Positions 19,428-29,710 of a DNA stretch of 64,000 bases are shown here, one piece after another. Each line of letters begins with the position of its first letter. Positions within the stretch are counted from its first letter, which is position 1. Below the pieces are notes generated by a model, which had not been told where the DNA came from, ran no database searches, and saw only the letters and a program-made list of their open reading frames with translations. The position numbers and the translations under genes are program-made. The DNA comes from Thermoanaerobaculia bacterium (GTDB taxonomy: Bacteria; Acidobacteriota; Thermoanaerobaculia; Multivoradales; JAGPDF01): NCBI GenBank assembly GCA_039932315.1, contig JBDTQG010000002.1, positions 13,612-77,611 on the forward strand, read 5' to 3'.

Positions 19428-20206
19428 CCGAGGAACGCTCCCCCGTCGATGCCCAGGGTTTGCCCGTTCACGCCGCGCGCACGTTCATCGCAAAGCATGG
19501 CCACGATGAAGGCGACCTCTCCCGGATCGATGAGCCGATGCTGGGGATTGGCGGCGACGAGCTTTTCGCGCGCCGCATCGGCGGCAACGCCGACGCGCGC
19601 GACGATCCGCTCCACCGAGCGATCGGTCATGGGGGTGTCGACATAACCCGGACAGACCGCGTTGACGGTGATTCCGCGATCCGCGAGCTCCGCAGCCAGA
19701 GATCGTGTCAGCCCGACGAGCGCATGCTTGGTCGATGCATAGGCGGCGATGTACGGCGCACCGGTCCTGCCGGCGATCGAGGCGATGTTGACGATCCGGC
19801 CCCACCGCCGCACGATCATGCCGGGAACGAACGCCTGCGCGCAGAGAAAAGGTCCCGTGGCATTGACCGCCATCAAGCGGTTCCACTCCGCGAGCTCGAT
19901 CCGTGCAAGCGGCGCCGAAGTCGCGATCCCGGCGTTCGCGACGAGGATGTCCACACCGCCGAAGTGCGCTTCCGCCGCAACGCGCAGGGCGGCGACGGAT
20001 CCCGCATCGGAGACGTCACACGCCACCGCCTCCGCGACGGCTCCGGTCGTCCGGATCTCCGCGGCGACCGCTTCGATCTCTTCGCCGCTGCGTGCGGAGA
20101 CGACGACACGGGCTCCGGCCGCCGCGAGCATTTTCGCCGCTGCCGCGCCAATTCCCCGGCCGCCGCCCGTGACGACCGCGACCCTTCCCTGGAGATCGAT
20201 CTGCAT
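19424..20206 (-). CDS. SDR family oxidoreductase (3-hydroxyacyl-CoA dehydrogenase-like)
   Basis: TGGGRGIG, NAG, YASTK catalytic motif, CPGYVDT. Confidence 0.92.
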   Translation of the reverse strand: MQIDLQGRVAVVTGGGRGIGAAAAKMLAAAGARVVVSARSGEEIEAVAAEIRTTGAVAEAVACDVSDAGSVAALRVAAEAHFGGVDILVANAGIATSAPLARIELAEWNRLMAVNATGPFLCAQAFVPGMIVRRWGRIVNIASIAGRTGAPYIAAYASTKHALVGLTRSLAAELADRGITVNAVCPGYVDTPMTDRSVERIVARVGVAADAAREKLVAANPQHRLIDPGEVAFIVAMLCDERARGVNGQTLGIDGGAFLG

Positions 20207-20278
20207 TCTTTACCTCGAGATCCGGGCGAGCCTGGGCAATCTATCCATCGCGGCGAGCGGGGCGAGCTCGAAACAGTA

Positions 20279-20677
20279 CTAGCCCCGGACCTTGAGCAGG
20301 TCGCGGATCTCGGTGAGCAACCGGACATCCGCCGGAACCTCGGGCGCCGCTGCGGGAGCCTGGGGCTTGGGTTTCCTGGCGGCGTTCACCGCCTTGACCA
20401 GCAGGAAGACGCAGAAAGTGACGATCAGGAAGTCGAGGGCCGCCTGCAGCAGCAGACCGTAGCTCAAAAGAACCGGTGCTTCCGCCGTCCCACCGAGCTT
20501 GACGGCGAGGTGCGTGAAGTCGACGCCGCCGAGCACGAGTCCGAGGACCGGCATCAGGACGTTGTCGACCAGTGCCGAGACGATCTTGCCGAAGGCTGCG
20601 CCGATGATCACGCCGACGGCGAGATCCATGACATTGCCGCGGTGGATGAAGTCCTTGAACTCCTGCACCATTCCCAT
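20279..20677 (-). CDS. mscL: large-conductance mechanosensitive channel
   Basis: EFKDF..RGNVMDLAVGVIIGAAFGKIV and C-terminal LLTEIRDLL. Confidence 0.96.
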   Translation of the reverse strand: MGMVQEFKDFIHRGNVMDLAVGVIIGAAFGKIVSALVDNVLMPVLGLVLGGVDFTHLAVKLGGTAEAPVLLSYGLLLQAALDFLIVTFCVFLLVKAVNAARKPKPQAPAAAPEVPADVRLLTEIRDLLKVRG

Positions 20678-20740
20678 CGAATCCTCCGATAGACCGAGCC
20701 TCCGTAGGGCGCGAGCTAGCTGACGTCGCCGGATTGCGCG

Positions 20741-21487
20741 TCATCCTAGCTCGCTGCGAACAGCCTCAGCAAGGATCGCGCCGAGCTCGGCGATGAGCGT
20801 GCGCCCTTCGCTGGCCGTGGCAGACGCGGGATCTCCGCAGTAGGCGCGGTCCATGCCGGCGGCGCCGAACGTCGCGTGACCTTCGCGCATCGCATCGACG
20901 AGGGAGATCGGCACCGCCGGCAGCTCCCGTCGAGCCCGGTCATCGACGAGATCGGGTCGCTCCGCGAGAAGAATCGATGTTTCGTAGCGGCCTGCGTGAC
21001 AGGCGCCCGAGCGGAACTCCTCGCCGAGGCGCTCGGCGAGGCGGCGCCGCGTGAGATCCGGATAGGCGACGCGCACCGCGCCCGACTCCCGCAGCCGGTC
21101 GGCTGCCGCGTGGATCGCCCCCAGCTGGACGGGATCGAAGTGCGCGTTGGCGAGCGCGAGCAGCTCGATCCCGCGCAGGCCGCACGCCATTCCGAGATCG
21201 ACGACGAGCGCGGTGAGCGTTTCAGGCCGGATCGACAAAGTCCCGGCGTGCAGATTGGCGAATGGAGCCGGAGCGTAAGCGAGCGCCGGCAGCAGGACGA
21301 CGGAGCACCCGCTTTTCTCAAGCAGCGCTGCTGCCGACTTCGCCATCGCCTCGGCGATCCAGACATCGGTTCCGAGCGGCAGATGGGGCCCGTGCGCTTC
21401 GATCGCCCCCAGCGGAAGGATCGCGATCGTCCTGCCGCTGGCTACGCGTTGCTCGCTCTGCGGAGAATTGAGCTCCTGCCAGTGCAT
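20741..21487 (-). CDS. creatininase family amidohydrolase
   Basis: LPLGAIEAHGPHLPLGTD, NAH, HAGRYETS; ATG 21487 (MHWQEL). Confidence 0.9.
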   Translation of the reverse strand: MHWQELNSPQSEQRVASGRTIAILPLGAIEAHGPHLPLGTDVWIAEAMAKSAAALLEKSGCSVVLLPALAYAPAPFANLHAGTLSIRPETLTALVVDLGMACGLRGIELLALANAHFDPVQLGAIHAAADRLRESGAVRVAYPDLTRRRLAERLGEEFRSGACHAGRYETSILLAERPDLVDDRARRELPAVPISLVDAMREGHATFGAAGMDRAYCGDPASATASEGRTLIAELGAILAEAVRSELG

Positions 21488-21527
21488 GAGCCGCGATCGT
21501 AGCAGCCGCGGACGCGCGGCCTCGGGC

Positions 21528-22454
21528 TCAGGGAATCGCCAGGCGCTTGCGTTTCTCCCACAGCCCCTTGCGGCTGATTCCGAGAAGCGCCGCCGCGTGG
21601 CCCTGATGTCCCCGGGTTGCGGCGAGGGCCGCGACGATCGCCACACGCTCGGCCTCCGCGAGAGTCGCCGGTACGCCGGCAACGCTTGTCGCGAGCTCCG
21701 GTGGGGGCGGCGGATCGAGCACGTTGTTTTCGGCGTAGAGCATGGCGCGCTCGAGGAGGTTCTTGAGCTGACGCAGATTTCCCGGCCATGTGTACGCCGG
21801 CATCCAGGCGCGCGAGCGCGCGCTCAGTTCAAGTCCGGGACGCGAGAAACGCTCTCCGAGATCGCCGAGCAGCGAGGCGAGGAGCGCATCGAGATCCTGT
21901 AATCGCTCCCGCAGCGGCGGCAGAACGAAGGTCAGAACCTCGAGCCGGTAGAAAAGATCCGCGCGGAAGACACCGCGATCGACGCGCTCCGGAAGGTCAT
22001 GCGCACCGATCGCCAGGAAACGGACCTCGGCCTGGATCTCCGTCCCGCCGAGGGGCGCGTAGCGGTGCTCGGCGAGCAGGCGCAGAAGTTTCGGCTGGCT
22101 CGTCATGGGGAGCTCTTCGACGTGATCGAGCACCAGAGTGCCGCCCTCCGCACGCGCGACGCGGCCGGTCTGGCTGCGCTCCGCGCCGGTGAACGCTCCG
22201 GCGCGATAGCCGAAGAGCTCGCTCTCCAGGAGCGAAGCCGGGACAGCCGCCGGATCGAGCTCGACGAGCGGTGCTGCGGAGCGCGGTCCGAGACGATGCA
22301 ACAGCCGCGCGACGACCGAACGTCCGGTTCCGGGCTCGCCGAGAATGAGCACCGGCGCATTCGAAGCGGCGGCTTGCGGGAGAGGCGAAGAGCCTCCGAA
22401 GGATGTCGGCAGGCTGGCGAGGAATTTCTCCGTCGCCGGCTGCCCCAAGGTCAC
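21528..22454 (-). CDS. sigma54 enhancer-binding-like protein (AAA domain + Fis HTH), no sensory domain, degenerate ATPase motifs
   Basis: ESELFG..GAFTGA, FRADLFYRL, WPGN and C-terminal HTH AAALLGISRKGL. Confidence 0.85.
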   Translation of the reverse strand: MTLGQPATEKFLASLPTSFGGSSPLPQAAASNAPVLILGEPGTGRSVVARLLHRLGPRSAAPLVELDPAAVPASLLESELFGYRAGAFTGAERSQTGRVARAEGGTLVLDHVEELPMTSQPKLLRLLAEHRYAPLGGTEIQAEVRFLAIGAHDLPERVDRGVFRADLFYRLEVLTFVLPPLRERLQDLDALLASLLGDLGERFSRPGLELSARSRAWMPAYTWPGNLRQLKNLLERAMLYAENNVLDPPPPPELATSVAGVPATLAEAERVAIVAALAATRGHQGHAAALLGISRKGLWEKRKRLAIP

Positions 22455-22911
22455 GAGGCGGGTTCCGGCGGCGCGAAGTCCGCCGTGACTTCCGGAGCAT
22501 CACGCCACAGGCGTTCGAGGGCGTAGTAGTCGCGACGCTCTTCGAGAAGCGCATGGACCAGGAAATCGCCGTAGTCCAGAAGGACCCACTGCGCCGATGT
22601 ATAGCCCTCGATGTGCAGCGGCTTGACGCCTTGCTTCAGCAGACGGTCCTCGACGGCATTCGCGATCGCCTGCACCTGCCGTTCGTTGGTCGCGCTCGCG
22701 ATGACGAAGTAGTCGGTGAACGACGTCACGGGCTCGAGATGCCGGACGCGCACATTCTCCGCCTTGGTGTCGTGGGCCGCCGCGACGGCTTCCCGGACGC
22801 GCGCCTGAATGTCGGCGGGCGTCGCCCGGACGGCGGTTCGCCGTGGGCTCGGAAGAGCTTCTGAATCTGCCGGTCGGGTCGGAGCCGCTGAAGATTTTCG
22901 GGGGGACAAGG

Positions 22912-22915
<4 letters not shown>
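22451..22915 (-). CDS. rsfS: ribosome silencing factor
   Basis: TDYFVIAS..ERQVQAIA, WVLLDYGDFLVH, YYALERLW; directly follows nadD. Confidence 0.95.
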
Positions 22916-24605
<1,690 letters not shown>

Positions 24606-24863
24606 CTACACTGCGGGGACGATGTGGACGAACATGCCGCGCTGCCCGCGGTTCTGGAACTGGACCGTTCCATCGATCTTCGCGAACAGGGTGTCATCCT
24701 TCCCCAGACCCACATTCAGGCCGGGGTTGTAACGGGTGCCACGCTGACGAACCAGGATCGACCCGCCGGTGACCTGCTCGCCGCCGTACTTCTTCACGCC
24801 GAGCCGCTGGGCGTTCGAATCGCGGCCGTTCCGCGTGGATCCTTGACCTTTTTTATGTGCCAT
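24606..24863 (-). CDS. rpmA: 50S ribosomal protein L27
   Basis: [24 protein letters not shown]. Confidence 0.98.
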   Translation of the reverse strand: MAHKKGQGSTRNGRDSNAQRLGVKKYGGEQVTGGSILVRQRGTRYNPGLNVGLGKDDTLFAKIDGTVQFQNRGQRGMFVHIVPAV

Positions 24864-24890
24864 TGCCGGAAGCTCCTGAAGCGATTGGGA

Positions 24891-25217
24891 TCAGATGACG
24901 ATGTTCTGGACGCGGATCTTGAGATAGTCCTGGCGATGACCGCCCTGGCGCTTGTAGCCCTTGCGCCGGACCTTCTTGAAGATACGCACCTTCGGGCCGC
25001 GGGTGTCGTGGAGCAGCTCCGCCTCGACGCGCGCGCCCGGAATGACCGGATTGCCGACCCGCGTGCCGCCCTCTCCGTACACCAGCAGAACGCGATCGAA
25101 CACGATCTTCTCGCGCTCGCCATCCTTGGCGGCTTCGACCGGCAGAAGCTCGACGTCGAGGACGTCCCCCGCCTGCACTCGGTACTGCTTTCCACCTGTT
25201 TCGATGACAGCAAACAT
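24891..25217 (-). CDS. rplU: 50S ribosomal protein L21
   Basis: MFAVIETGGKQYRV...GHRQ; GAGGTG SD-like sequence upstream. Confidence 0.97.
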   Translation of the reverse strand: MFAVIETGGKQYRVQAGDVLDVELLPVEAAKDGEREKIVFDRVLLVYGEGGTRVGNPVIPGARVEAELLHDTRGPKVRIFKKVRRKGYKRQGGHRQDYLKIRVQNIVI

Positions 25218-25422
25218 GACGAACACACCTCTTTCGCCGCATTGGGTTGCGGGCCGCAGAGCATATCCGGCGAGGGCGAAGGCCGTCAACTCCAGCGCAC
25301 CCCAGACGCTCCCCATGACACTCCACTGGACGCTCCGCCCCTGAGCCTCTCCACCGAGCTTCCTCGAGTCGCCGCGTGCTTTCCCCCAAACTCCCTGTTG
25401 CCAAGCTGTTACGCTTCCTTGG

Positions 25423-26319
25423 GTGGCCCCTCTCTTCGAGCTCGTGACGGCGACCGCCCTGCGTGCCCGGGGCCTCCGCCCGGAGACCTTCAGCGCCAGC
25501 AACGGCTGGGAGATCAAGGTCTGGAAGGGCGGCAGTCCGGGCGGCGAAAGCTGGATGCTCATCCACGGACTCGGGGCGACCGCGGCGACCTTTCTGCCTC
25601 TCGTCTCCCAGCTCAAGGCGGATTGCGAGTTCCAGGTCCCCGAGCTTTCGACACTCGGCGGCTCGCGCGGGCCGACGCTCGCGATGGGGATCCCGCAGGC
25701 CGCCGCGGCGCTCGCCGAGCTTCTCGAAGAGCAGCAGGCCGAACGACCGGGCGTGAAGGTCACCGTCTGCGGGATCAGTCTGGGCGGCTGGATCGCGGTA
25801 CGGCTCGCGCTCGCCCGCCCCGACCTCGTGCACCGTCTGCTGCTCGTCGTTCCCGGGGGTTACCGCGATCAGGACTGGGAGCGGATCGGCGAGATGGTCC
25901 GGGTCGAAACCTACCGCGACACGGCGGCGATCTGGAGTGCCCTTTTCGTCCGGCCGCCGCTCCTCCTGCGGCTCGGCCGGCCCGTCCTCTACATGTCGTA
26001 CAAGTCGACCGCGGTGCGCGCCGCCCTCGCGACCCTGCGCGAGGAGGACGCCTTCGGCGACGAGGATCTCGCCCGGCTCACGCAACCCACCGGGCTCATC
26101 TGGGGAAGCGAGGACCGGCTTTTCCTGAGCTCCGCCGGCGAGCGCATGGCGCGGGCGATTCCCGGAGCGCGCTTTTACCCCATCGCTCGCGCCGGCCACG
26201 GCGTTCAGTGGGAGCGTCCGGCGGAGTTCTTCGCCGCCGTCGAGCGCTTCCGCGCCGAATTCGCCTGGACCGCAATTCGCAGCGGACTGCCTCCGGTAAC
26301 CTCCGGTAACTTCCGATAA
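25423..26319 (+). CDS. alpha/beta fold hydrolase
   Basis: HGLG oxyanion motif, GISLG nucleophile elbow, WGSED acid, GHG histidine. Confidence 0.88.
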   Translation: MAPLFELVTATALRARGLRPETFSASNGWEIKVWKGGSPGGESWMLIHGLGATAATFLPLVSQLKADCEFQVPELSTLGGSRGPTLAMGIPQAAAALAELLEEQQAERPGVKVTVCGISLGGWIAVRLALARPDLVHRLLLVVPGGYRDQDWERIGEMVRVETYRDTAAIWSALFVRPPLLLRLGRPVLYMSYKSTAVRAALATLREEDAFGDEDLARLTQPTGLIWGSEDRLFLSSAGERMARAIPGARFYPIARAGHGVQWERPAEFFAAVERFRAEFAWTAIRSGLPPVTSGNFR

Positions 26320-26330
26320 CCGCCGGAAAC
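26291..26330. repeat. four degenerate 10-bp tandem repeats
   Basis: CTCCGGTAAC CTCCGGTAAC TTCCGATAAC CGCCGGAAAC. Confidence 0.7.
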
Positions 26331-26405
26331 CGCCGTCGCCGGCGCGACGCTTGCCCCGGAACCGCTGACAGCGCAAAATCGGCCCGCCGCTCCGGAGGGT
26401 TGTCC

Positions 26406-26588
26406 ATGGCCGCGCCCGATTTCCTCATCTGCCTCAACTGTGAATCCCCTTGCTACGTCTTCGAATGGGGAGACGAGGGCTGCAAGGAGGCGCTCTGCCA
26501 GGTGTGCGGCAACGACGAGCCCGACCAGTTCGCGACCGAAGACGACTTCGACGCCATCGTCATCGTCCACGACGAAAAGAAACACTAG
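26406..26588 (+). CDS. small acidic Cys-rich protein (putative zinc ribbon)
   Basis: GGAGG upstream of ATG 26406; CLNC..PC..GC..CQVC in 60 aa; codon usage looks coding. Confidence 0.75.
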   Translation: MAAPDFLICLNCESPCYVFEWGDEGCKEALCQVCGNDEPDQFATEDDFDAIVIVHDEKKH

Positions 26589-28003
26589 GCAGCGGCGGGA
26601 GACGAGCTTCCGGGTTGCGCCACGGCAAGCGGCAGCGAGACGCGGAAACGCGCACCCTTTCCCGCTTCGCTCTCGAACGTGAGCTCTCCGCCGTGAGCGC
26701 GCACCACGCGCTCGGCGATCGCGAGTCCGAGCCCTGAACCGCCCTTCTTGGTGGAGAAAAACAGCTCGAAAATGCGCCCGCGGATCTCGTCCGGAATGCC
26801 GGCGCCGTTGTCCTCCACCTCGATGACCACCCGCGGCCCCTCGCGCCGCGCCCGCAGGACCACCCGCGGCGGCTTGCCGGTCTCTTCGCTCGCCGCGAGC
26901 GCGTTCTGCAACAGGTTGATCAGCAGCTGCTGCAGCTGCTCGTCGTCGACGCGGACGGCGGCACCCGGAGCTTCGTCGACGACCTCGAAGATCGCTCCGC
27001 GCAGAGCGAACTCCTGCGCCATGACCGCTCGCGCGCGCTCGAGCAGATCGGCCGCCGGGAGCGTATTGAGGCGCAGGGCCCGCGGCCGCGCGTAACTCAG
27101 AAAGTCGCTCACCAGACGCTCGAGCCGGGCGATCTCGGAGCGGGTGATCGACAGCAGCTTCTTCTGGCCGGACGCCGCCTGCGGTCGCGCGAGATCCTCT
27201 TCGAGCATCTGCATGTTGAGGTTGAGCGAATTCAGCGGATTGCGGATCTCGTGCGCCAGTCCCGCGGCGAGCGTGCCGAGATAGGCCAGCCGCTCGGCCT
27301 CCGCCGCCTGAGCTTCGAGCCGCTGCCCGCGACGGACCAGCGCCGAAATGAGGAGAAAAGCCAGCACGACGATCGCTACGGTCAGCCCGCCGATCCAGGT
27401 CGTCTGCCGGATGAGCTCGTGGCGCAGCTCGGCGATCCGCCGGTCCATCTCGATCGCGCTGATGCCGATCCGCAGCGAACCGAACTCGCCGATCGGAACG
27501 GTGACGTCGAGGGTATCGGTGACACCTTCGGGAAGGTGCACGCTGCGCGTGTCCTGATGCTCGAGCGTCCGGTTCTCGACCCGGGGAACTCCGCTCGGCA
27601 ACTCGCGCTCGGTCGTCACCGGTGCGGTGGGAGTCGCCGGAACGCCGACCTCCGCCTCCCGCTTCTCCTTCATCACCAGAACGCCGTCGCGATCGGTGAT
27701 CTCCACCGTCTGAACGATCTGGCGCTGCCGCAGAACGGAATCGATGTAGGTCTGGGTCTCGCGTTCCATCGCGACGGCCGTGTAGAGATCGCCGCCGGTG
27801 CTCTCGGCGCTGCCGGCGATGCGCCCGGCGAGGTCCTGCGCTTCGCTGCGGGTCTCGAGAAGGACACGGTCGAGCTCCCGGCGGGACAGGGTCTGAAAGA
27901 TCAGCCAGGAAAAGAGACCGAAATCGCTGACGATGAAGAGCCCGAGCAGGGCGAAGATGATCCAGTTGCGGCGGGATGACAGCTTGCGCGGCCGCGAAAT
28001 CAC
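26585..28003 (-). CDS. membrane sensor histidine kinase (NtrB-like HisKA)
   Basis: Two TM helices, H-box LAHEIRNPL, N-box NLLQNA, DNGAG, GSGLGL; probable GTG start at 28003. Confidence 0.9.
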   Translation of the reverse strand: MISRPRKLSSRRNWIIFALLGLFIVSDFGLFSWLIFQTLSRRELDRVLLETRSEAQDLAGRIAGSAESTGGDLYTAVAMERETQTYIDSVLRQRQIVQTVEITDRDGVLVMKEKREAEVGVPATPTAPVTTERELPSGVPRVENRTLEHQDTRSVHLPEGVTDTLDVTVPIGEFGSLRIGISAIEMDRRIAELRHELIRQTTWIGGLTVAIVVLAFLLISALVRRGQRLEAQAAEAERLAYLGTLAAGLAHEIRNPLNSLNLNMQMLEEDLARPQAASGQKKLLSITRSEIARLERLVSDFLSYARPRALRLNTLPAADLLERARAVMAQEFALRGAIFEVVDEAPGAAVRVDDEQLQQLLINLLQNALAASEETGKPPRVVLRARREGPRVVIEVEDNGAGIPDEIRGRIFELFFSTKKGGSGLGLAIAERVVRAHGGELTFESEAGKGARFRVSLPLAVAQPGSSSPAAA

Positions 28004-28069
28004 CGCAAAATCATAATCCAACGGGTACCGCTTTTCTTTTGCGAACGACTTCTCTACGATCGCCGGACC

Positions 28070-29710
28070 ATGCCGCTCCCTGGCAACGCGAAGTCGCTTC
28101 TCCGGGCGCGAGCTGCGCTCTCCTGGGCAGCAGCCGGCGCTCTGGTGTTCGCCTGCTCCGGCGAGCGGCCGGCCCCGCAGCCACGCTCCGCAACCGCCGT
28201 CGGGGCGACGATCGCCGACCTCTCGGGCGTCAACGAGCTCCTGGCGAGCGACATCCAGTTCACGACCGACGTGCTCGACCAGCTCTTCGTTCAGCTCCTC
28301 TCGGAGCAGGCCGACTTCACGGAACATCCCTCGACTTTCGCCACCGAGCTCGCGACGAGCTACGACTGGTCGAGCGACCACCTCGCCCTGACCTTCCATC
28401 TCCGCCCGGACGCCGTCTGGAGCGATGGCGTGCCGATCACCGCCGCGGACGTGCGCTGGACGTGGCAGGCGCAGATCGCTCCGGAAGTGGCGTGGAAGTA
28501 CTCGAACATCAAGGACCGGATCACGGACGTCGAGGTCGTCGATCCGCATTCGGCGCGCTTTCACTTCAAGTCGGTCTACCCCTATCAACTGAGCGACGCG
28601 ATCGAGGGCAAGATTCTTCCGCAGCATGCCTGGAGCGCGATTCCGTTCGCCAAGTGGCAGGAGAGCGCGGACTGGTTCCGCGAGCACCTGGTCACCAGCG
28701 GACCCTTTCTGCTCGGCGAATGGCGGCGCGGCGAAGAGGTCGTGCTGGAGAAGAATCCGCGCTACTTCGAGCCCGGATTGCCCAAGCTTGACCGGGTCAT
28801 TTTCCGCGTCGTTCCCGACGCTGCGACGCACGTCGAACAGTTGCTCGCCGGCGCGCTCGACTTCGCTTGCGGGCTGACACCCGGGGACACGGCGCGGGTT
28901 GCCGCCGACAAATCGCTGCGGGTGCTGGCGTTCGACAACCGGCAGTACGACTACATCTGCTGGAACACCCTGCGTCCGCCCTTCGACGACCCCGAGATCC
29001 GCCGCGCACTGACGCTCGCCATCGATCGCCAGGCGCTCGTCGACGCGCTCTTCAAAGGCTACGCCCGCGTCGCCGATTCTCCGGTGCCCTCGAATCTCTG
29101 GGCCCACGACCCGTCGATCCAACCGTGGCCCTACGATCCGACAGAGGCAGCGCGCATCTTCGAGAACAAGGGGTTCAAGGATCGCGACGGCGACGGCATC
29201 CGCGAGCGCGACGGAAAGCCGTTCGCTTTCGAGCTCACGACCAACTCGTCGAACCGGCTGCGGACTGCGGCGCTGGTGATGATCCAGGAGCAGCTGCGGA
29301 AAGTCGGTGTTCAAGCGACGCCGCGGACGATCGAGATCCACGCTCTCACGGAAGCCAACGGCGCGCACGAGTTCGACGCGACGCTCGCCGGCTGGGCGGT
29401 CGACACGACGCTCGATCTGCGGCCGTACTTCAGCTCGAAAGAGATTCTCGACGGCTATAACTTCGGCAGCTACAGCAATCCGGAAGTCGATCGTCTGCTC
29501 GAGGCGAGCCGGCAGGCGCCGACGCCCGAGGAGGCCAAGCCGGATCTGCTGCGGCTGCAGCAGATCTTGAGGGTCGAGCAGCCCTACACTTTTCTGTGGG
29601 AGCCGCAACGCCTGTGCGCGGCGCGCGTGAGCCTCGAGGACGTGCATCCGAACGCGATCTCCGCCTATTTCAATCTGCCCGAGTGGCAGCGCCGCGCAAG
29701 CGCCGATTGA
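28070..29710 (+). CDS. peptide/nickel ABC transporter substrate-binding lipoprotein (SBP family 5)
   Basis: Lipobox VFAC, FHLRPDAVWSDGVPITAADV, SGPF, RRALTLAIDR. Confidence 0.92.
   Translation: MPLPGNAKSLLRARAALSWAAAGALVFACSGERPAPQPRSATAVGATIADLSGVNELLASDIQFTTDVLDQLFVQLLSEQADFTEHPSTFATELATSYDWSSDHLALTFHLRPDAVWSDGVPITAADVRWTWQAQIAPEVAWKYSNIKDRITDVEVVDPHSARFHFKSVYPYQLSDAIEGKILPQHAWSAIPFAKWQESADWFREHLVTSGPFLLGEWRRGEEVVLEKNPRYFEPGLPKLDRVIFRVVPDAATHVEQLLAGALDFACGLTPGDTARVAADKSLRVLAFDNRQYDYICWNTLRPPFDDPEIRRALTLAIDRQALVDALFKGYARVADSPVPSNLWAHDPSIQPWPYDPTEAARIFENKGFKDRDGDGIRERDGKPFAFELTTNSSNRLRTAALVMIQEQLRKVGVQATPRTIEIHALTEANGAHEFDATLAGWAVDTTLDLRPYFSSKEILDGYNFGSYSNPEVDRLLEASRQAPTPEEAKPDLLRLQQILRVEQPYTFLWEPQRLCAARVSLEDVHPNAISAYFNLPEWQRRASAD

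Noticed and set aside
20741-21487. Creatininase as a mycofactocin MftE or RiPP peptidase
   Set aside because: No precursor peptide or radical SAM gene nearby
28004-29647. N-terminal 548 aa of the 1020-aa ORF 26585-29647
   Set aside because: It is antisense to the SBP gene; the real kinase begins near 28003
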